Below, piece by piece: positions 26,328 through 38,320 of a stretch of 64,000 nt of DNA. Position numbers and translations under genes: made by a program. The DNA lies in NCBI GenBank assembly GCA_951406725.2, contig OX597823.1, positions 116,436,001 through 116,500,000 of the forward strand, in the 5' to 3' direction. The first letter of the stretch is position 1. Each line of letters starts with the position of its first letter. This DNA is from Octopus vulgaris (taxonomy: Eukaryota). Under the pieces are notes generated by a model. It made no database searches. It had not been told where the DNA came from and worked only from the letters and a program-made list of their open reading frames with translations.

Positions 26328-28044
26328 GCTGACAAATTTTTCTGCTTTAAAAACAAAATGGATTTTATCCGTTATATATATATACACAGTTCAGTATTTA
26401 TGCGTTGAATAAAATTTATCTTTCTACTTGTTCTACAATACATTTCAACGCTTCAAAAACAAACTTGTTTGTTTACATTCGCCCTAATTTTAAGTTAATC
26501 TGAAGGGTTACTCCACACCTTTAACAAGAATTGTATTGACAGGGACTTCGAAATCTCAGCCAGCTAAGTCATCATCTGTGTGTGGTGCATCAAGTTAATC
26601 TTGGCTTTATGTAGTCTCTATTGAGATCGAAAGAAATTCAGGGGGTTTTGGGGGTTCAGTTGAATGATAATTAGATTGTATGGTGGGTTGTGATGGAGAG
26701 GTGTTGTGGAGAAATTTTTAATGTATAAATATATAGTTATGTTATTGTTCAGAATTTATTCATACATGTAGATCTTTGTAAGCAGGTGTGTGTATTTAGG
26801 TGTGTCAGCTTCGATTCATGGGATTGTTTTAGTGGTTCACAAAAACGAAGTAGGTAGGTTGAGGAAGTTTTTTTTGTCATCTGATGCAATATTAGTTTTA
26901 GTTCATTTTGGTTTTATTGGATTTAATCCTTTGCTTTGGTGATGTAAATGCCAAAGTTTAGTCCAACATTTTAAAACTTAGTAACTGGGTGTGTCAGTTT
27001 TCTTTTTTGTAATGTAATTTTTAAGGGTTAACAAAAGAAAGTAAGTAGGTAGTATGTTTTGGCTGGTCAGTAAGTTTTTTTTATTTGTTGTTGATGTTAT
27101 TTAGGGTATTTCCAGTTTCTGTTTGGACGGTGGAGGTCATAAGTGGAACCTGTCATGGTGTTGTTGGTATAGAAATTTGCCTCTCTTATGCTTGCATATT
27201 CACAAGAGGACGTGGTTAAGTCGTAAAGATTGTTGATCAGTATATTTCTGTCTAGCGATTTGTTGTTCTATAAGCAATTCAATTATTATGTAGAAATTTT
27301 CACCTTTGTGTATATATATATATGTATGTATATGATGTATATGTACATATATGTAGGAAAGACAGAATGGTCACAGATGGAACACTTTTAACACTTCTTA
27401 TCAAAGGTCTGCTCAATCAGAACTGACCTGGGGCTAAGCAAGATTAACAATGAGTTCTTAATAATAATAATTAATATTTGATCTGCTTAATTAGAGCTGA
27501 GTGAGTTGCACAAAATAATTATTGAACCTAGAGTGTTTCCAACTAATATCCTAGAACAGAAGACTATATATAACTTTGAGTACTGACGATTACAACTGTT
27601 GTTTGTCTTGATACTGATGGATGTTGGTCTCCATTTTATTTCTTTTCCCAGTCCCTCCCACCCTGTAGCTTTCTTCCATCCCTAATAATCTTTGCCCATC
27701 AAACCTGACAGACTCTTGAAAAATTAGACTAATAAAGATGAAATCAGTTGAAAGTCTGAAGACATTCTCCAATCCATGCTGACATTGATGATCAGTTATA
27801 ACTGGTTATAACCGGTTATAACTGGCAATTACTCAAGTAATTGGGCATTCTTACCGCTTCCTTCCCACAGCAAATTAAAATTCTACCATTCACACATGTG
27901 AACTATTAAAACTTCACTTCTTGCTTCAAACAGTACCCTGCCTGTTCATATGTTCATAGGCCTCCATATTGTTCTGTAATCTACAATAGGCAATGTGGGA
28001 AACCTCAACGTAGCTGTTCAGCCTGTTAGAAATAGCAACTAAAA

Positions 28045-28277
28045 AGGCAGCGAGTTGGCAGAAACGTTAGCACGCCGGATGAAATGCTTAGCGGTATTTC
28101 GTCTGCCATTACATTCTGAGTTCAAATTCTGCCAAGGTCGAGTTTGCCTTTCATCTTTTCGGGGTCGATGAATTAAGTACCAGTTACGCACTGGAGTCGA
28201 TGTAATCGACTTAATCCCATTGTCTGTCCTTGTTTGTCCTCTCTATGTTTAACACCTTGTCGGCAATAAAGAAATAA
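28045..28277 (+). mobile_element. SINE family A
   Basis: TSD GAAATAGCAACTAAA. Confidence 0.9.
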
Positions 28278-28552
28278 GAAATAGCAACTAAATCTTCTTC
28301 AAATCTCACTCTACTGTCTTAAGAAAAGGACACATTGCATAATCTATCCTTTTAAGTTTTTTAATGTTTTTTTAGATTTACTACACCTAAAAATTTAATA
28401 TGACATTATTGTCATGGCTGGATTGCCTTTCATCCTGGCTCTTCTCAATTAGGACAGATCTAGGACTATCCAACAACAACAACAACAATCTACACCTCAC
28501 CTCTATTTCAGAGGAAGTTAGATCATATCTTAGAACCACCTCTTCTTCTCTT

Positions 28553-28974
28553 CTCTTTACTCTTTACTCTTTTACTTGTTTCAATCATTTGACTGTGGCC
28601 ATGCTGGAGCACTGCCTTTAGTCGAACAAATCAACCCCAGGACTTATTCTTTGTAAGCCTAGTACTTATTCTATCAGTCTCTTTTGCTGAACTGCTAAGT
28701 TACTGGGACGTAAACACACCAGCATTGGTTGTCAAGCGATGTTGGGGGGGACAAACACAGACACACACACACACATACACACATTCGTATATACGTATAT
28801 ATAAATATATACGACAGGCTTCGTTCAGTTTCCATCTACCAAATCCAATCACAAGGCTTTGGTCGGCCCGAGGCTATAGTAGAAGACACTTGCCCAAGGT
28901 GCCACACAGTGGGACTGAACCCAGAACCATGTGGTGTATAAGCAAGCTACTTACCACACAGCCACTCCTACGCC
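28553..28974 (-). mobile_element. SINE family B
   Basis: Homology to other copies. Confidence 0.9.
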
Positions 28975-29278
28975 TATCTATCAACTTTACTAACATTTCT
29001 ATTTGCTAGTTGTACTATCTTGGTTATTAACATTATTGGTATCAGTATTTTATGTCAGGCTCTGACCAATTTTCTACATTAGAGCATAAGTAGAGAAGAG
29101 GAAGATGTAACTGGTATTATGAGAACTGGTGACTTGTTCTGGTCTGTATCGGTGTAAATCACAAATGAAAATGTACAAGTAAAAACAGGAAATAGGTGTG
29201 AGTTGGTGTGACATGAGATGAAGCTGAGACTTAAGTTTTCCTGTATAAAGGTCTTTTCATCAATTCACACCTGTTTTG

Positions 29279-29315
<37 letters not shown>

Positions 29316-29494
29316 TGTGTTGTGTTGCATTGGGTTGGGTTGTGTTTTGTTTAAAGTTTGAGTACAATTTTATTCATAGTTACTTCACTTCAAAGCAAGT
29401 TGGGGGAATATTTACCTCAAGTTATCTTACTGAACAGCTAAATGGTTCACTGGTTATTTACCTTGTCTGAATATCAAAGACACAACACAACAAA

Positions 29495-31548
29495 ACAGGG
29501 GCGACACCCGTGGGATGTATGCTGGTTTGAAGAAGGCCCTCGGTCCATCCGCAACCAAGTCAGCCCCTCTGAAATCAACTACTGGAGATCTCATCAGAGA
29601 TCAAGGCATGCAAATGGATAGATGGGTGGAGCACTACCAGGATCTCTACTCACGGGAGACCACAGTGGCTGAGGCTGCAGTCGAGAGTGTCAAGATCTTG
29701 CCAGTCGTGTGCGAACTTGACTGTCCGCCATCTATAGCAGAGCTCATCAACGCTGTTGACTCCCTAGCAAGAAATAAGGCTCCGGGAAAAGACGGCATCC
29801 TCTCAGAGATCATCAAAGCCGGCAAAAACACCATCCTGCTTCGGCACCTTCATGAGCTTCTGTGTCAGTGCTGGGAAGAGGGTACAGTCCCTCAGGATAT
29901 GCGGGATGCCAACATCATTACGCTCTACAAAAACAAAGGTGACCGTGGTGATTGTAACAATTACCGTGGTATATCCCTTCTAAGCACTGTTGGAAAGACC
30001 TTTGCCTGCGTTATCCTGGCCAGTCTACAACTACTTGCTTCTCGAATCTATCTGGAATCGCAGTGTGGCTTTAGAAGAAGCAGATCAACTATCGATATGA
30101 TATTCTCCATACGCCAACTTCAGGAGAAGTCCAGAGAGCAGAAAATGCCATTATATATGGCCTTCATTGATCTAACAAAGGCTTTTGACTCGGTAAGCAG
30201 AACAGGCCTCTTCCTCCTGCTCCAAAAAATCGGATGTCCACCAAAGCTGCTGAGGATCATCAAGTCTTTCCATGATGACATGCAAGGCACCATACAGCAC
30301 AACGGTTCAACATCAGCCGCCTTCCAAATAAAAAACGGGGTAAAGCAAGGCTGTGTCCTCGCTCCTACATTGTTTGGCATCTTCTTCTCACTCTTGCTGT
30401 CACATGCCTTTCAGACATCAGATGATGGAGTGTATCTGCACAGTAGAAGTGACGGGAAACTGTTCAATCTCTCGCGCCTGTGTGCCAAGACCAAAATCAG
30501 AAACGTCCTGATCAAGGAGATGTTATTTGCTGATGATGCCGCTCTGGTAACACACACAGAAGAAGCCCTCCAAAGGCTCATTAACTGTTTTGAGCAAGCA
30601 TGTAACGACTTTGGCTTAGCTATCAGCCTTAAGAAGACCAACATCATGGGCCAGGCTACATCGGACATCCCAAACATACATATTGGAGACCACAGATTAC
30701 AAGAGGTGGAGAAGTTTACCTATCTGGGCTCTACCGTCACCTACAACCTATCCTTTGACGCTGAGCTCAATATACGCATTGGCAAGGCAGCTGCTGCGAT
30801 GGCCCAACTCTCCAAACGGGCTTGGGACAACAATAAGCTGACCAAGACCACAAAAATGAAGATCTACCAGGCATGTGTACTCAGCACTCTACTGTATGGA
30901 AGCGAGACCTGGACGCTATACACACGCCAAGAGCGTCGCCTAAACATCTTTCACCTGCGCTGCCTCCGAAAAATCCTCCACATCAAATGGCAGAATCATA
31001 TCCCCAACAAAGATGTCCTCAGGCAAGCAGGAATACCAAGCATGTTTGCACTCCTCACACAAAGACGTATGAGATGGCTTGGGCATGTTAGCCGTATGAA
31101 AGATGGCAGAATCCCCAAGGACATACTCTACAGAGAGCTTGCTAGGGGTACTAGGTCTGTGGGTAGACCGATCTTACGTTACAAGGATGTTTGCAAAAGG
31201 GATATGAAGGCCTGCAACATCAACATTAGCGGTTGGGAGGCAGTCGCCGGCAACCGTGGAGAATGGCGACGTACAGTAAAAGAGGGTATACAGAGGAGTG
31301 ACAGAGAGAGAGAGGAGAAATGGAAAGAAAGGAAGAGACATAAACAAGAGACCATGGCACTACAACCAGCCAGGAACAGTCTTCGCTACATTTGCAGTAC
31401 CTGCCAGAGGGAGTGTTTGTCCAGGATAGGACTACACAGCCACAGCAAGAAATGTAACAGGAAATAAAATATAACAGCCGGACTAGACCTAGAAAAAAAA
31501 AAAAAAAAATGCGCAACTCCATTGTCTCCCGAGACAGAAAGGATGCCA
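29495..31548 (+). mobile_element. RTE-clade LINE, 5'-truncated (no APE domain)
   Basis: Open RT ORF, short 3' UTR with hairpin TGTCTC-CC-GAGACA, then (TA)n. Confidence 0.93.
29515..31467 (+). CDS. RTE LINE reverse transcriptase, partial ORF (650 aa) with C-terminal C2H2-type finger
   Basis: Motifs KAPGKDG, NYRGISLL, QCGFR, FIDLTKAFD, GVKQGCVLAPTLF, FADD, YLGS, LLYGSETW, CSTCQREC...H... Confidence 0.93.
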   Translation: MYAGLKKALGPSATKSAPLKSTTGDLIRDQGMQMDRWVEHYQDLYSRETTVAEAAVESVKILPVVCELDCPPSIAELINAVDSLARNKAPGKDGILSEIIKAGKNTILLRHLHELLCQCWEEGTVPQDMRDANIITLYKNKGDRGDCNNYRGISLLSTVGKTFACVILASLQLLASRIYLESQCGFRRSRSTIDMIFSIRQLQEKSREQKMPLYMAFIDLTKAFDSVSRTGLFLLLQKIGCPPKLLRIIKSFHDDMQGTIQHNGSTSAAFQIKNGVKQGCVLAPTLFGIFFSLLLSHAFQTSDDGVYLHSRSDGKLFNLSRLCAKTKIRNVLIKEMLFADDAALVTHTEEALQRLINCFEQACNDFGLAISLKKTNIMGQATSDIPNIHIGDHRLQEVEKFTYLGSTVTYNLSFDAELNIRIGKAAAAMAQLSKRAWDNNKLTKTTKMKIYQACVLSTLLYGSETWTLYTRQERRLNIFHLRCLRKILHIKWQNHIPNKDVLRQAGIPSMFALLTQRRMRWLGHVSRMKDGRIPKDILYRELARGTRSVGRPILRYKDVCKRDMKACNINISGWEAVAGNRGEWRRTVKEGIQRSDREREEKWKERKRHKQETMALQPARNSLRYICSTCQRECLSRIGLHSHSKKCNRK

Positions 31549-31586
<38 letters not shown>

Positions 31587-31591
31587 GTATA

Positions 31592-31643
<52 letters not shown>

Positions 31644-31644
<1 letters not shown>

Positions 31645-34600
31645 CCTTAAATCCTAACAAATGTTTCAGCCTGAAGGCTGCGGCCATGCTGGGGCACCAC
31701 CACTGAATGAGCTACACTAATTTGTGAATCCACCTCTGATACGTGGCACTTGATCAACAAGGGAGTTTGATGCTGCTGCCTGCATCCGAGTCTCCTGTCG
31801 TGAGGTAGGTTCATCTGGGACTCCCAAGAAGAGATCCAGTTTAGTTTTAAAGAAACCCACATCCACACCATGTAAGTCTCTCAGGCATTTAGGGAGGATG
31901 TTAAAGAGCTGTGGCCCCTGAAACCCAAGCTGTTGCAGTATCTGGACCTGTATTTTGATGGTGATGTTGGAATCCTTGGCACCATGCAGTGGTGTCCCGT
32001 TCTGCAGTTGGGGTAACTTTGAATGCCAAAGTTTGGGACAAGACCCTCCAGGATTTTCCAGATGTATATCACCGCATATCTCTCCCGCCTCCGCTCTAGG
32101 GAGAAGAGGTTTAATACCTTCAGTAGCTGATATTTTGCATTGAGACGATTTTCTTTGTGTAGCTTCTCTGAATTGCTTTGAGTTCTGCTGTTAGTTTTAT
32201 ATTGTGTGGTGACCACAGTTGAGAGCAGTAGTCCAAGCGGCTGAGGACGAATGTTTTCCATAGGACCATCAGTGTCTCCTTCTCTCTTGTTCTGAAAGTT
32301 CGGAGAATCCATCCAGCTAGCCGTCTGCATTTTATCACCAGATTAGCAATATGCACTTGGAAAGATGCATCATTGCTCATGTCAATGCCCAGGTCACGCA
32401 CTGATTTTGACTCAGGGATTGCAATTCTTCCTGGGCCAGTGTATCCAGTCTTCACATCGTTTACCTTTGTGTGCCTGTAGCGCAGGGCCTGGAACTTACC
32501 TGCATTAAACTGCATGTTGTTGTCCTCAGACCACCTGTATATTGTGTCCAGCTCATGTTGCAGATGCGCAATATTTTCAGGGTTTTGTATTGCGTGGGAG
32601 ACTTTTGTGTCATCTGCATAGCTAGCAAGGGTGGTCATCGTAGCAACTGAAGGTATGTCTGAAAGAGCCACTATGAACATCAGTGGCCCCAAGACAGTGC
32701 CCTGTGGGACACCGCTTGTTATTTGCGTTTCCTTGGAGGTGGTTCCATTGCTCACAACTGCTTGTTTTCTGTCTTTTAGGAAGTTGTGCAACCACTCTCC
32801 AAGTTTTCCACCTATGCCGAGACCACGCAGTTTGTGACAGATCATACCATGGTCGACTTTATCAAAGGCTTTTGCAAAGTCGAGATATATTACATCCACA
32901 TTTGAGCCATTTAGTAGCTGTTTCAACACCCAGTCATAGTGTTGCAGGAGCTGTGTTAGGCAGCCTCTACCTGGTCGAAATCCATGCTGGGTGTCAGACA
33001 GCAAGTCATTTTCTTCAAGGAACATGATTAGTTTCTTATGGACTATTCATTCCATGACTTTGCTGATGTGTGAGGTCAGAGAGATAGGCCTATAATTTTT
33101 AGCATCTGCTCTGCTACTTCCCTTATGGATAGGGCATATTAACCCCTCTTTCAATTTGACTGGGAGCTTACCACTTGCAAGAAAGCTCTGAAAAAGAAGC
33201 TGTAGCGGTTTTGCAAGGGCTCGTTTGCACGATTTGAGAAGGATCGCTGGGAATCCATCAGGTCCAGCAGCTGAGTTTGTGTCAATCTCATCTATGGCTA
33301 GTGTGAAATCATCATCTTCGATGTTGATGTACTCAATTTTTGCCTCTTTGGCCGCAGGTAAAGTGGCAAAGAATTCTTCTGGGTTGTTTACTTGCCTGTG
33401 TCCTAGAGGTGTAGTGAACACACTTTGAAACTGTTCGTTCAGTATTTCACTTATCCTCGTGGGATTTCCTGTGAGAGAGCCATCTTTTTGGAAGAGAGGT
33501 CCTATTCTCTGGTGCACTGTGGCTGTCTCTTTGGCAAACTTAAAGAAAGCTTTAGGGTTTGATTTTATATTTTCTATTACCCAAGCTTCTTTATCTGCTC
33601 TCTCCTTTTCATGGGACTGATGTAGACTTTTCTCAGTTTCCATTAGCATTCTTTCGAGCCGAGACTTCTCACCACTTTTGGTGTGCTTGCTCAGGCGGTT
33701 TGCAATCCTTGTCCGTCGTCTCATAAGAATCCTCCTTTCTCTAGGGATCCTGTTTTTGTTCTTGTGTGTGCTGGCCCTGCACACTGGGACATATTTGTCA
33801 CATATGGCTTGTATTATAGACATGAAGTGTTTGTGTTTCATGTTTATGTCCGGTGTGGAGAGACATTCAGGCCAATCCTGTTTGAGGATCTCTTTCTCAA
33901 TCAACTTCCAGTTGGCTTTATGAAAGTTTAAGTTGGAGAGATGGTGGATGCTTCGTATAGGCTGTGTGTCTACGGGGGCTTTTGTTCCATACATAGACAT
34001 CTCTATTATGTTGTGATCTGACATCATTGTCGGCATCACATTAACATTATGGATAATATCCATATTGTTTGTGAAGCAGAGATCCAGTATATTATCTGCC
34101 CTTGTTGGTTGCAGAACTATTTGCTCCATGAAAGAGGCATTTGTGAGTTGGAGCAGGGACCCCACCTGTGCCTGCTGATGGTGTGTCATCCCTGGGAGCA
34201 TCTGCCCTCCAGGTCATTCCACATTGGGGAGGTTAAAGTCACCCATGAAGAATATGCTGTTGTGTTGTTCAAGGTTGGTGAGGACTTCTTCTATTTTTGT
34301 TAGGCAATCTTCAAACATGCCTGAGTGTTTTTTTGGGCATCTGGTGGGCGATATGTAGTGCATATGATGATATTCAGTTGTCTTATGTGTACAATTTGAG
34401 TTTCACATACTGAGTTTGAATATGACAGCAGGACCTGGGGCGTGAGGTCATCTCGGATGTACATTGCAACTCCACCATGGCTCCTCCCTTTTCTATCTGT
34501 GCGTATGACTGCATATTGCGGCATGTGTATTTCTGCATCACCTATATCGGGTTCAAGATGCGTTTCTGTGAGTGCCATGCATATAGCTTGATTGCATGTC

Positions 34601-35107
34601 ACAAGGTCTCTCAGGAATGAGATTTTCCTTTTGCAGTTTCTGCGCAGCAGCCCTCCTACATTCAGTAGAAATATTTTTGTGGTGTGTGTGTTGGTGTTGG
34701 TGTCTGTGGTGGCCATCCTGCATCTGTTGATGGTGGCCTTATGTGGTGGTAGTTCCAGCTTTGTGCTTGTAGCCAGGTCAGCTGCTGAACAATGTTTTGT
34801 GCCATGCACAAAAAAGACTGCTGTTCAGCTGCTGCCCTTCTCACATCTGGGTGAAGCTGGCCACCTGTTGGGTTTCCGCGCACCACATCTGCATACCATC
34901 TTTCAGTAGTGGTCAGTGCGCTTTTTTCCCTTCTTTTAACTTTTTCTTTTTGTTCTCCCCGAGGGAGGGACACCTGTCTCGCGTCCGTGCGGTTTTGGTA
35001 GGGCCTCTGATGTGCAAAGTGACAGTTCGCACCTTCGACGCCGTACCAGCAGTCCCCCCTCAGGTAGAATTTGCAGATGTTTCTTTCTTTGCCCTTATAG
35101 TTCTTAC
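31644..35107 (-). mobile_element. CR1-group LINE (ORF1 C-terminal remnant + APE-RT ORF2 broken by frameshifts), flanked by (TA)n
   Basis: APE motifs LLNVGGL, LTETHL, GGVAMY, YRPP; RT motifs GPDG, NYRPISL, QHGFR, YLDFAKAFDKV, GVPQGTVLGP, YADD, RDLG, LDYCSQLWSP across ORFs 34300-34809, 33047-34201, 32120-33025, 31881-32330. Confidence 0.92.
34662..35107 (-). pseudogene. ORF1 remnant with CCCH zinc finger
   Basis: Manual translation ...RNICKFYLRGDCWYGVEGANCHFAHQRP... is in frame with track ORF 34662-34973. Confidence 0.7.
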
Positions 35108-35231
35108 ATATATATATATATATATATATATATAACGGGAAGCTTTATGAAATAGACAAAAGACGAAGGCAGGTGGAAAACAAACAAACAATTGTATTAG
35201 TATGGCGCTCAGGAAATATAAATAAAACAAG

Positions 35232-35269
35232 TCTTTAACGTTTCGAGCCTACGCTCTTCAACAGAAAGA
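35232..35269 (-). ncRNA. Minimal hammerhead motif in the Penelope terminal repeat, core variant CUGUUGA
   Basis: Stem I TCTTT/AAAGA; CTGTTGA; extra A; GAGC-GTAG-GCTC; GAAA; palindrome AACGTT. Confidence 0.7.
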
Positions 35270-35442
35270 TACACAGAGAGAAAAAAAACACAGAAAGAAG
35301 GAGAGAAAAAAATGCGTGCAGTAACTAACGAATCAACATGGCGATCTGATTTCAGCCAGAGGTCAAAGATCAAACATGAGACGCGAGAGCGAAATAAGGG
35401 GAGATAATAGGGTTGAATGACCAGCTATTAAGGCGTAGGAGA

Positions 35443-35500
35443 GGTCTGGACGTGTGTATGTATAGGGTTGGTGTATGTATTAGTATGTATTAGTATGTAT

Positions 35501-35536
<36 letters not shown>

Positions 35537-35770
35537 ATGAGAGAGTATTAGTGTGTAGGATAGGTCTGGACGTGCGTGTGTATGGGGTTGGTGTATGTAT
35601 TAGTATGTATTAGTACGTATTAGTATGTATAAGTGTGTGTGTGTATGAGAGAGTATAAGTGCGTATGAGGGGTCTGGACGTGTGTATGTATAGGGTTGGT
35701 GTATATATTAGTATGTATTAGTATGTATTAGTACGTATTAGTATGTATTAGTTGGTGTATGTATTAGTAT
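35443..35770. repeat. ~3 imperfect tandem units (~110-120 bp) in the Penelope 3' region
   Basis: GGTCTGGACGTG...GGGTTGGTGTA...(TATTAGTATG)n recurs at ~35443, 35563 and 35671. Confidence 0.8.
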
Positions 35771-37961
35771 GGCACATCATATGTGATGTGATGTGTAAAG
35801 TCGTGTGGTGTAGTGAGGAGAAGAGGGGGAGGGGAGGGGTGGGGTAAGAGGAGAGGATGGGGGGCGGGGAGAGGAGGGGGAGAAGGAATGGGAGGAGGAG
35901 GGGAGAGGAAAGGAGGAAAGAGGGAGAGGGGGAGAGAGAAGGGGAGTGAGGGAGCAGAGGGAAGGAGGGAGGGAGAAAGAGGGAAGAAGGGAAGGGGAGT
36001 AGGGGTGAAAGGATGAAGGACTGAAGAAGTAGGGGTCGGGGGGGAAGGATAGGTGAGGAGGGGGGAGAGGGGGGGGAGAGTTGAGACCAAATGGCGTATA
36101 AGACCAAAGAGAGAAGATTAATTCCTGTTCACGGCGCAAACGGGAATCCGGATGGCCTCTGTGTAAGGACAAACCGAACACAGATAGGTGTTGCAAGGAG
36201 TGACCGGTGGAGCGGAAATGGCGTGAGACCGGTGTGTCGTTCGCAAGGTGGATGTCACGAAGGTGTTCCGCGAACTGGTCAGCCAAGCGGCGTCCCGTTT
36301 GTCCGATGTACAAGGAATGGCAGAGAGAGCAAGAGACGCAATAGATAATATTGCTGGAGGTGCAGGTGAAGGAGTGGATGATGGGATAGGGTCGATGGTG
36401 GGTGCTAGTGAGGAGGGTGGTGTTGGAGAGGTAAGGGCAAGTGCGGCAACGTGGGCGGGAGCAGGAGAACGAGCCAGGTTGGGAGGGTCAGGGAAGGAGC
36501 TATGGACCAAAAGGTCTCGAAGGTTGTGGGCTCGTTTGAAAGAGGGGAGGGGTCGGTTAGGGAAGAGGTGTGAAGTGGACGGGTCGGACTGAAGATGACG
36601 GAAAGCTCGAAGAATGGTGCGTTGGAGACGTAGGGTCGTGGGGTGGTAAGTGAGGGGAAAAGGGAGGTGGGAGACTACAGGGCGGGTTCAGGGAGAGAGA
36701 GCAGATACACGGTCCACGGACCGTGCTCTGGCAAGGGCGGTGTGGATAGTGGTGAGGGGGTATCCACGTAGGGTGAAGTGGTGAGCCATACGTTGAGACT
36801 GAGTCTCAAAGTCATGGTCGTCACTACAGAGCCTACGTAGACGGAGGAATTGGGAATAGGGGATGGAAAGCTTGGTGTGTTCTGGGTGGGAGGAAGAGAA
36901 GTTGAGGTATGAGTGTGAGTCTGTGTGTTTGTAGTGAATGGAGGTGGTAAGAGTGGAGTGAAGAATGCTAACCGAAATGTCGAGGAAGGAGACAGAGGTG
37001 TTGGAGATAGTGGAAGTGAAGTGGAGGGCTGGATGGAAACATTGGACGAAAGAGAGGAAGGAATCTAGATGTTCACGGTGGCACCGATAATGTCGTCAAT
37101 GTAACGACCATATAGTTCAGGAGTGGGACCAGTGAAATTAGAGAATATTTGGGCCTCAACATAGCCAACGAACAGGTTCGCATAGTTGGGGCCCATTCGC
37201 GTTCCCATGGCCACTCCCGAGACCTGATGGTAGAACTCGCCCGCGAACGAGAAGCAGTTCAGAGTAAGGACAAGTTCGGCCAGACGAATGAGTGTGGAGG
37301 TGTCAGGTACAGGGTTAGAGTGGAGGTCAAGAAAGTGTCGAAGGGCCTGCAGTCCTTCGTGGTGAGGGATAACAGTATAGAGGCTTTGGATGTCCATAGT
37401 AAAAAGGATTTTGGAGGAGCCGGGAGGAAAGGAGAAAGAGTTGAAAAGCCGGAGAGCATGGTTGGTATCGTGGATGTGGGAGGGAAGAGATGCCACTAGG
37501 GGGCAAGGACACGGTCGAGGTATTTAGAGATGAGCTCCGTGGGGCAGTTACAAGCGGAGACGATGGGGCGGCCAGGGTTGTTGGGTTTGTAGATTTTGGG
37601 GAGGAAGTAAATGGTGGGGGTACGTGGGGTTCGCACAATTAGGTTGGATGCGGTGCGGGGGAGACGGGAGGACGAGATGAGGTCGTGGACAGTAGAGGAT
37701 ACCGTCTGTTGGTAGCTACGTGTGGGGTTAGAGGGCAGAGGGGAATAGAAGGAGGTGTCATTGAGTTGGCGGAAAGCCTCGGCCCTATAGAGGTCCGCGC
37801 GCCACACCACTACAGTTCCACCCTTGTCAGCCGGTTTGATGATAATGTCAGCGCGCCGTTGGAGGGAACGAAGAGCCAAGAGCTCAGCCGGGGAGATGTT
37901 GAGGCGGCGTTGGCGCCTGGAGAATTTGAACCGCTCCAATGCATGCTGACAAACGCCCGCG

Positions 37962-38320
<359 letters not shown>

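Larger units (their letters stand above)
35134..37961 (-). mobile_element. Penelope-like element (Neptune-type), 5'-truncated, with a few frameshifts, flanked by (TA)n
   Basis: [44 protein letters not shown] (PLE RT); Cys linker CSRPRCRTC; NIIYCVSC..C..LYIGQTGRRL...EH (GIY-YIG); terminal repeat with hammerhead. Confidence 0.93.

Noticed and set aside
26540-26582. Possible minus-strand hammerhead (ACAG-ATGATGA-CTTAGC..GCTGAG-ATTTCGAAGTC-CCTGT)
   Set aside because: Position 3 cannot pair with 8, and GAAA is not adjacent to stem II.
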